From the NCBI GenBank assembly GCA_046757165.1, contig JBHHXT010000034.1, forward strand, positions 1 to 34,995: a DNA stretch of 34,995 bases, read 5' to 3'. Both the position numbers and the translations under genes were made by a program. Source of the DNA: a bacterium (GTDB lineage: Bacteria > Zhuqueibacterota > Zhuqueibacteria > Oceanimicrobiales > Oceanimicrobiaceae). Below, piece after piece: positions 1 to 6,764 of the stretch. The notes under the pieces are model-generated. The model made no database searches. It was not told where the DNA came from and saw only the letters and a program-made list of their open reading frames with translations. How positions within the stretch are numbered: the first letter of the stretch is position 1; every line of letters starts with the position of its first letter.

Positions 1-109
1 GTACAAATTCTTGCCTATTCTGATTTTATTAGCGATCAATTTGTCCAAGCAGGATCAACGCATGCAAGGTACTTTCTGGTATATCAAAAGAGATTTGAGT
101 CGTTCTCAT
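1..109 (-). pseudogene. Probable UPF0175-family (antitoxin-like) gene 5' end, interrupted by in-frame stops; truncated by the window edge
   Basis: Manual translation from ATG at 109 (GAGGA upstream) gives MRTTQISFDIPESTLHAL-ILLGQIDR**-NQNRQEFV. Removing the 30-nt segment gives a sequence resembling UPF0175 N-termini. Recognised by eye only. Confidence 0.35.
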
Positions 110-398
110 CGGATTTCCTCACATATTTGTTGCTAAAATTGGATTGTTTAGTACACTGACTCTTGTATTCGAGTAAAGTTTCCAGCCTATACCTGACCCC
201 CAATACCTGGACTGGTTAATCACGGAATTCCGTTTTTTTCGTTCGCGGAAGAATCCGTTCTGGAATTTGGTTTAAAAGACAACTTCGGTGACTCTCGGTG
301 GACAGTACGACGCCATGAAAGATAAGATAAGTCAAAGCGACTGACATATTCAACATCTTTTTGGGAGATCAAGCAAGAACCCTGAGAAAAACTTTTGC

Positions 399-427
399 TT
401 GATCTTTAACGCAAAAGTGAGTACGTT
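399..427 (+). promoter_or_regulatory. Putative sigma70 promoter for tRNA-Val
   Basis: TTGATC (399-404), 17-nt spacer, TACGTT (422-427), ending 36 nt upstream of the tRNA. Confidence 0.45.
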
Positions 428-463
428 TTGACTAGCCGAGGTTGAAAAGGCCAAACCAGAATC

Positions 464-537
464 GGGCGATTAGCTCAGTTGGTTAGAGCGCTGGTCTCAC
501 ATACCAGAGGTCACTGGTTCGAATCCAGTATCGCCCA
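464..537 (+). tRNA. trnV: tRNA-Val (anticodon CAC); 3' CCA not encoded
   Basis: Acceptor stem GGGCGAT/ATCGCCC, D-arm TAGCTCAGTTGGTTAGAGC, anticodon arm CTGGT-CTCACAT-ACCAG, T-arm ACTGG-TTCGAAT-CCAGT, discriminator A537. Confidence 0.97.
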
Positions 538-602
538 CTTCTCGCTAACTGAGTTTTGAGCAAAATGCGCCGTTTCCCTATCAACCTCACTGGGTTTCCG
601 GT

Positions 603-2666
603 CTAATCACATCCAGGTGTCTCGCTGTCAATCAAGAAAAAAGTATACTCTTCACAATCCTGCGGTGACGGCGGGCTTGGCGAAGGGATTGGTCTTACTA
701 CCGGCGGCAGGGTACGAAGATAGATGATTAACGCCTGTACGTCCTCCTCATCCAGGTTAGAAAGGTGGTCCCAGATCATGCCCTGCCAATGAAGCACGCC
801 GCCATCCTTTGAGACGCCACTGCGGATGGCGCGGGCAATTTCAGCGTCGCTCCAGGTACCGATGCCCGTCTCCGGGTCCGGGGTGATGTTGCGCACCCAG
901 AGCGTGCCAAATGATTTCATGCTCACCTTGGCCCCGCCGCTGCCATCGTTCCCGTGGCAGAATGCGCACGATGTCACCTTGAACAGGTACTGGCCGCGTT
1001 CTGCCAGAGCTGCCTTTTCCGGGCTGCTGAAGGTAGCCGGGTCCGGGGTGTGGATGGAACCCAGGACGGCTGAGTTGATCTGCTCGGGTGGGATGAAGGC
1101 CAACACCGGAGTATTGTACATCACCCAAAGGAGAGGGATGACCAGGATCACGCCCAAAAAGGTGATGCCAAACTTGATCCAACCTCCAACCCCGCGTGGG
1201 AAACGCCGCTCTGCCGGCCCGGCGAAGACGAACGCAATTACGCCACACACCAATATGAGCCACTGCCCCCAAATCAGCAAGCGTTGCGGCCAGTCACGCG
1301 GCAAAAGCCCTGGCTCCGTCTGCCCGTAGTTGCCCGCCTTATAGGTGAGGACGTTTGGGTTACCGATCGGAGGCAGGCCTGAGGAATGGCTGGCCTTTGC
1401 GACAACCGTCTCGACGAAACCGTAGCGCAGCGGCAGTGGGATTTTGTTCCTCACGGCGGGCAAGCTTTTCAGATAGGTGGCGATTGCGAGGGCGTCTCCC
1501 TGTTCAAAGGAGTGCAAAATCATCCACGGCATGCCCCACAGGTTTAGGCGCCGCTCTCTCCCTTTTCCGTTGCGGATGGCATCGGCGATCTCTTCCTCGG
1601 TCCAATTGCCCAGGCCGGTCTCCGGGTCAGGTGTCAGGTTTCGGCTGACGAAGACGGCTTGCGGGTAGGCAGGGATACCCATGCCTCCTGCCAGATAGTA
1701 TTCGTCGCCGCTATAGATCATGCTGGTGTCCACCTGAGTATGGCACAGTCCGCACATTTCGGCGTGAACCAGGTATTCGCCGCGCTTTTCGAGATCTTCC
1801 AGTTGTCCGGGACCGTCCAGCACGCCTCCAGGTTCCCAGGGTGGCGTGCGTGCCAGCGAGAGGACGTAGTTTGTCAGGTGCCATCGCTCCTCGGGTGTCA
1901 TGGCCAGCTCAAACGAGGGCATAGGGCCTGGCGCCATGCCGGTGGTAAAACGCAGCCAGACTTGCTCTGGTTTGCTGCCGCCGCGGAACGTCCACGGCGC
2001 AGATAGATCGGGGATTCTCACCGGATATCCCTGCTTGCCCTGGAGAATTCTGTTCTCGCGCCCGTCGTCACCATGACAGGAATGACAACCGGCTTCGAGG
2101 TAGAGTGCCCTGCCGCGAGCAAGGCTCGTCTCGTTGGGCGTTGCGCGCGGCGGCACAGGGACGGTGTTTGGCTCCGGGAGGGCAAAATGGGTGGAGAAGC
2201 CTTTGATATACTCGACCACGGCTGTGGTTTCTTCATCGCTGAGAATGTCGTCCCAATAGGGCATGCCGCTGGCCCGGAGGCCGTTCTCAACCACTCGAAT
2301 CAGGTCAGCGTCGGTCGGCGTCTCGCCGTCAGGCGTGGAGGTGTATTTATACACCCCCAGGGTGAAATCTCGTGGGCGTGGAATCATCGAGGGGGCAGCG
2401 GGGCCATTGCCACGCCCTTCCGGGCCATGGCAGATTCCGCAGCGTTCCGCATACACTCGCTTTCCGAGGGGCGTGTCCGGAGGAAGGTCCGCCCCCGGGG
2501 GCCATGTCGTGGCTTCGTAGGGCGCTTCCTGCCAGGGTTCGGCGGGGTCGCCATAACCGAGGCGGGCATAGAAAGACCGTCCCAGGTCGAGAATCAGCAA
2601 AACGCTCAGGACAACCAACACCAGTCGACGGCGGGATGTAAGCAGCCAGTTTAGCGATTTACGCAT
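603..2666 (-). CDS. Membrane-anchored tetraheme c-type cytochrome
   Basis: Four CxxCH motifs (CGICH, CHSCH, CGLCH, CAFCH), an N-terminal TM helix and two internal TM helices. The two NxTPDPETGxGxW heme domains resemble gluconate/alcohol dehydrogenase cytochrome subunits. Start placed at ATG 2666 behind AGGAGG. Confidence 0.9.
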   Translation of the reverse strand: MRKSLNWLLTSRRRLVLVVLSVLLILDLGRSFYARLGYGDPAEPWQEAPYEATTWPPGADLPPDTPLGKRVYAERCGICHGPEGRGNGPAAPSMIPRPRDFTLGVYKYTSTPDGETPTDADLIRVVENGLRASGMPYWDDILSDEETTAVVEYIKGFSTHFALPEPNTVPVPPRATPNETSLARGRALYLEAGCHSCHGDDGRENRILQGKQGYPVRIPDLSAPWTFRGGSKPEQVWLRFTTGMAPGPMPSFELAMTPEERWHLTNYVLSLARTPPWEPGGVLDGPGQLEDLEKRGEYLVHAEMCGLCHTQVDTSMIYSGDEYYLAGGMGIPAYPQAVFVSRNLTPDPETGLGNWTEEEIADAIRNGKGRERRLNLWGMPWMILHSFEQGDALAIATYLKSLPAVRNKIPLPLRYGFVETVVAKASHSSGLPPIGNPNVLTYKAGNYGQTEPGLLPRDWPQRLLIWGQWLILVCGVIAFVFAGPAERRFPRGVGGWIKFGITFLGVILVIPLLWVMYNTPVLAFIPPEQINSAVLGSIHTPDPATFSSPEKAALAERGQYLFKVTSCAFCHGNDGSGGAKVSMKSFGTLWVRNITPDPETGIGTWSDAEIARAIRSGVSKDGGVLHWQGMIWDHLSNLDEEDVQALIIYLRTLPPVVRPIPSPSPPSPQDCEEYTFFLIDSETPGCD

Positions 2667-2913
2667 TTCATCCTCCTGTTGTGGTTTGAAAAGCATTGCC
2701 AGAATCTCAACTCTGATCTCGCATCCTTGCGGTTATTTAGTTCTGGCCCTTTGCCGCGCGAGGAATAATCTACTCCATATATTCCTATTGACAGTTGTTT
2801 CTGAAACGGCTACATTCAGTTGGGTAAACAGGGTTGCCCTTGTTTGCCCGGTTTTTCAAGCCTAACCGGTAGTATTAGCGCCGAGCTTTTGCATTTTTTT
2901 TGCAAGAAAGTTA

Positions 2914-3024
2914 AACCGCAAAGACGCAATGAACGCAAAGGTCATAGTATGATAGATTATTCACTCATTGTTAGAGCCCGTCTCTTAAAATTGGAACCTT
3001 TGCGAGTTTTGCGTCTTTGCGGTT
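2914..3024. repeat. 28-bp imperfect inverted repeat (REP/MITE-like)
   Basis: AACCGCAAAGACGCAATGAACGCAAAGG (2914-2941) matches the reverse complement of 2997-3024 (AACCGCAAAGACGCAAAACTCGCAAAGG) at 24/28 positions. Confidence 0.8.
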
Positions 3025-3076
3025 CATAATTTCATTGCGGCTTTGCCGCGCCAGGAATGATAGGGTCTGAAACGAA

Positions 3077-3235
3077 ATGAGCGACAAACCCCAAAACTGC
3101 ACGTGTGGCTATCCCAAAGTCATCGCCCGCAACATATGCGGCCACGCTGAAGACTGCCCGGTCTACCTCGAGTGGGCCAGACAGGTCGCAGAGAAGCGTG
3201 GCCTCGGACCTGACCCTCCCGGGAAGACAAAATAG
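3077..3235 (+). CDS. Small hypothetical Cys/His-rich protein (52 aa), possible zinc-binding micro-protein
   Basis: ATG 3077 to TAG 3235 encodes MSDKPQNCTCGYPKVIARNICGHAEDCPVYLEWARQVAEKRGLGPDPPGKTK. It is below the ORF-track cutoff and has a CxC...CxHxxxCP pattern. Confidence 0.55.
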   Translation: MSDKPQNCTCGYPKVIARNICGHAEDCPVYLEWARQVAEKRGLGPDPPGKTK

Positions 3236-3484
3236 ACCTCTTTGCAAGATTGGTCGTAGGATGAGGGCGCACTGATCCTACACGGTCTCTGACCGTGTAT
3301 TTGAGTGAGTCCCGGGGTGTGCCGGCCCGGACGCCAAAACACTTGAACTGGCAAGAAGCTGAAAAGCTGAAGCTTTTCACTCCGGTTTCAAACGGATTGG
3401 AGCCCGGTTCGCTGTAAATACACCTTCCGCCTGCGTCCTTTCTGTCCGCTCCGCCTGTCAACCCCTGAAACCTTCAATCCTGTG

Positions 3485-4348
3485 CTAGGCCGAGACCTCC
3501 GCAACCGGCGTTTCAGCGGTCAGCACATCTCCGTGCCTGCGCGTTTCGTCGGTTTCCAGTTGCGGAATCTGGCTATAGCCGTTGAAGCGCAGGGAATCCC
3601 GGACACGCCTGAGCAAGATTTCACGGTTGATACGTCCACCGGCCTCACGCAAATGTTTGCAAAAATAGTAGGTGAAGGCGCCATTGTAGGTGCCGTTGAT
3701 ATGGGCGTCGGCGGAGGTTTGGTTGTCCTGGCAGCCGGCCCACAGGATGTGATTCAGGGTGCTGCGGTCTTCGGCGCGAAACCCCCTGGTGGGTTGCAGT
3801 CTCTCTTCCTCTCCTTCATAGCGGCAGAGGATATCGATGGGCGGCGGTAGAAATCTGGAGACAACGGGTTTTTCAGGACCCAGCTCGGGGGGGCGTCCCA
3901 GGCCGATATCTCGTGTACCGGACCCGGAGTGACAGCAGTCGAGAAAGACCTCCAGAAAGGCGCCGTCTGCAAGCTGTTTGAATTTATCGTTGAGGTCATC
4001 ATCGGTGATAAAGGTGCCATCCCAGTCCATGTCCCATGGGCAAATCAGCTCATCGAGATTATCCTTGAGTTCGTCTTTAGGACCGCGGTCACGAATCTGG
4101 GAGCCATGCCCGGCAAAATGGAACACGAGATAGTCGCCCGGATGCGCGCCTGCCACCAGCCAGTCGAGCCGGCTCAGAATGTTTTCTTTGCTCGCGCGGC
4201 TGTCCACCAGCACGCGAATGTCAGTGTTCTCGAACCCGAAATAGTTTCTCAACACATTGCGCATGTTGGTGACATCATTGACACAGCCGGATAAATCTCC
4301 GATGCCTTTGTAGTCATTGATGCCAACTAAGAGTGCTTTCTTGGCCAT
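3485..4348 (-). CDS. Caspase-family protease (metacaspase, peptidase C14)
   Basis: KKALLVGINDY start, L.GCVND, His-Cys dyad in HFAGHG and DCCHSG, C-terminal QTSAD...GAFT and Q.PQL motifs. GGAGG RBS precedes ATG 4348. Confidence 0.95.
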   Translation of the reverse strand: MAKKALLVGINDYKGIGDLSGCVNDVTNMRNVLRNYFGFENTDIRVLVDSRASKENILSRLDWLVAGAHPGDYLVFHFAGHGSQIRDRGPKDELKDNLDELICPWDMDWDGTFITDDDLNDKFKQLADGAFLEVFLDCCHSGSGTRDIGLGRPPELGPEKPVVSRFLPPPIDILCRYEGEEERLQPTRGFRAEDRSTLNHILWAGCQDNQTSADAHINGTYNGAFTYYFCKHLREAGGRINREILLRRVRDSLRFNGYSQIPQLETDETRRHGDVLTAETPVAEVSA

Positions 4349-4755
4349 AATTAGAACCTCCATGCTAAGTTAAAGACAATCAACAGGAATATTCACGGTT
4401 GGGAGACGAAGTTGTGTTCCTGGTTTGAAATATATTGAACCGAATGCTGGAAGTCAAAAGAAAAATGCTATCACTTTTGCCGGACTTCATCTTTCAGGAA
4501 CCGCACGCACGTATGCTCGAGCACCAATACCAGGCGCCCATGTATTATGTTCAGGTTTTCGGGAACTTTGTGCACCTTTCAGAGCTAAAACACACAGGGG
4601 TTTGTCATGGTCTCATCGCTCACATCTTATGCAACAATCCCGATCCATTCTGCTGAAAAAAAGAGGACGGAACGTCCCTTTCATTGACTTAACAGGAATC
4701 GTCGTAAAGTAAGCGCAAGAACGAGGCGTTCTGTCCGGATGGTCCAATCAACTGG

Positions 4756-4767
4756 AAAGGAGGTGAC
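4756..4767 (+). promoter_or_regulatory. Orphan perfect Shine-Dalgarno element in 5' leader (STAB-SD-like)
   Basis: GAAAGGAGGTGA begins 95 nt upstream of the likely ATG (4851), which has its own GAGGGAGG RBS. The same motif recurs at 6662. Confidence 0.5.
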
Positions 4768-4850
4768 AGGCTACCCTATATATGTTGTCTATGTTGTTTG
4801 TTTTTTGCAGCTCTATTCCTTTTCACACGCTAACCTTCGAGGGAGGTATT

Positions 4851-6317
4851 ATGCAAATGTTTTTGATTTTTTGCAGGAAAATGCAAAGGCAATTCCCTGA
4901 GCGACTTTGTCGTGCCGGGAAAAGCGGACTATTTTTCTTCGTTACCTTTCTTGGGCTGACTTCATTGGCATTTGGACAACAGGGACAGGCCCTCATAAAG
5001 ATCACCGTGGAAGACGGCAAGATTTCTGTACAGAATGTGGACGGCAGGGCCATACCAGAAGGCCGCCTTTCTGGCCGTGCGGTTCCGGAAAGCCCGGGAA
5101 GCCAGGCTGCGCTGGGTTATGATGAAGGTCTGGAGGACTTCTGGCGGGGGACGGCCGAATTCTCTGATTCTGATTTTGACGCCTTGTCCGCCTGGACGAC
5201 GAGCGGCGATCTCCCCAACCTGACGCTGGATCGGGTGAAAACCAATTGGGAGTTCGACCGTGAAACGTGTGTCTTGAAGATCAACAGCCGCGTCATCAAC
5301 ACGGGGACGGCAGAGGCCGGTGCCTCCAAGCTCGGCTACTACTTGTCCGCGGACCGACCCATCAGAGAGTCGGACTCGCGCATCGGAGACGACGCCATTA
5401 CGGACCTGGCGCCGGGAGCATTCGATGATGAGACCTTCGTGGCGGACCTGGATGATGTGGTCGGCGACCCGCCATTTGATCGCGATGGGGCCTTTTTTAT
5501 CGGCTGGATCGTCGATTACAAGCATCAGGTCAAGGAGTCGAAAGAAAAGGATAACCGGCTCAACAGCAAGAAATCCATCACCTGCGGTGAGCAACCTAAC
5601 CTGACTCTCGATCTGGACCACACCGAGTGGAGTTTTGATGCCGAGACCTGCTCACTGCACGTCCATAGCCGCGTGCTCAATGACGGTAAAGGCAAAGCCG
5701 GGTCCTCCCGTCTCGGCTACTATCTGTCGAAAGATACGAGCATCCGAAAAGTGAAGGACCACCGTATTGGCGAGGACTTCGTCGGCAGCCTGGAACCTGA
5801 CGAATTTAGCCGGGAGCGGTTCTGGGTTGACCTGGATGAGGTCAGAGGCGTGCCGCCCTTTGACAAAGACGGCACCTTCTTCCTCGGCTGGATCGTGGAC
5901 TACCAAAACTCCGTGCACGAAACCGACGAAGGGGACAACCGCTTCCACAGCGACACCACCATCACGTGCGACGATGGTGGCGATCTGGCTCCGCTGGCGG
6001 GCAACGCCGGCGATCTGACAGATGGCCGGCTGACACCGGAGACCTTCCAACTGGCGCAGAACTATCCGAACCCGTTCAACCCGGAAACGACCATCCAATT
6101 CCGGTTGGCAGAGGTGAGCCAGGTGACGTTGAAGGTCTATGATCTGCTCGGCCGCGAAGTGCGGACTCTGGTGACCGAGACACGGCCCGCCGGCTCATAC
6201 CGGGTCCAATGGGATGGCCGTGACGACCGCGGTAACCTATTGGCCAGTAGTGTGTATATCTACAAACTGCAGGCGGGCGAGTTTACTTCGGTCCGGACGA
6301 TGGTGTTTATGAAATAA
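4851..6317 (+). CDS. Secreted protein with 2 CARDB-like Ig repeats and a T9SS-type (FlgD-Ig) C-terminal sorting domain
   Basis: Signal peptide ending SLAFG-Q; two PNLTLD...RVxNxG...LGYYLS...GWIVDY...E..DN repeats; C-terminal QNYPNPFNPETTI...WDGRDD..G..LASSVYIYKL. Start set at ATG 4851 behind GAGGGAGG (ORF track opens at 4782). Confidence 0.85.
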   Translation: MQMFLIFCRKMQRQFPERLCRAGKSGLFFFVTFLGLTSLAFGQQGQALIKITVEDGKISVQNVDGRAIPEGRLSGRAVPESPGSQAALGYDEGLEDFWRGTAEFSDSDFDALSAWTTSGDLPNLTLDRVKTNWEFDRETCVLKINSRVINTGTAEAGASKLGYYLSADRPIRESDSRIGDDAITDLAPGAFDDETFVADLDDVVGDPPFDRDGAFFIGWIVDYKHQVKESKEKDNRLNSKKSITCGEQPNLTLDLDHTEWSFDAETCSLHVHSRVLNDGKGKAGSSRLGYYLSKDTSIRKVKDHRIGEDFVGSLEPDEFSRERFWVDLDEVRGVPPFDKDGTFFLGWIVDYQNSVHETDEGDNRFHSDTTITCDDGGDLAPLAGNAGDLTDGRLTPETFQLAQNYPNPFNPETTIQFRLAEVSQVTLKVYDLLGREVRTLVTETRPAGSYRVQWDGRDDRGNLLASSVYIYKLQAGEFTSVRTMVFMK

Positions 6318-6330
6318 GGACAAATGATTT

Positions 6331-6362
6331 CCCTTCCCGAAGGTTTGAATCTTCGGGAAGGG
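6331..6362. repeat. REP-like palindrome / possible terminator
   Basis: 12-bp stem CCCTTCCCGAAG-gtttgaat-CTTCGGGAAGGG; a related copy lies at 12471-12505. Confidence 0.7.
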
Positions 6363-6661
6363 GATTGTGACAGTTTCGTCTTTTTTTGTTGCTTTTGATT
6401 TTTCCAGTCTTTATCTTTTTGCACCTTTTCGATACATAGATCTCCCAGGAAACTCTCATCATTGACCCTTTGAATCGAAGTGGGGATCGGTTCTTTCGTG
6501 TGTTTTCCACATTTTCAGCTTCATCTTGCTTACAGCGCGGAGGGACAACGTTCTGTTGACTTGCTCTTGTCTTAGTAAGTCACTGGCAACGTATCTGGCT
6601 CCGACAGACATGCGGTAGCCATGCAGTCTTGTGGTGTATCCTCTCTTCAGCAAACTCTGAT

Positions 6662-6674
6662 GAAAGGAGGTGAT
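6662..6674 (+). promoter_or_regulatory. Orphan perfect Shine-Dalgarno element in 5' leader (STAB-SD-like)
   Basis: GAAAGGAGGTGAT begins 103 nt upstream of ATG 6765, which has its own GAGGGAGG RBS. Confidence 0.5.
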
Positions 6675-6764
6675 GTGTGTGCGAAAGTATTGCCAAAAAG
6701 TGGCAGAAGATAACTCGTCAGGTACTAACTGAACCCATACGAACTGTTTTAGAGGGAGGCAATC

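Noticed and set aside
3240..3480. Hairpin cluster (GTAGGAT...ATCCTAC; TACACGGTC-tct-GACCGTGTA) as an ncRNA
   Set aside because: No recognisable RNA family; more simply explained as terminator or stability hairpins between convergent genes
464..4400. tRNA-anchored genomic island or prophage
   Set aside because: No integrase, phage gene or duplicated tRNA 3' end is visible in the window
4425..4712. Short ORFs in the metacaspase/CARDB intergenic region
   Set aside because: TTG starts without an RBS, no motifs, and located in a probable divergent promoter region
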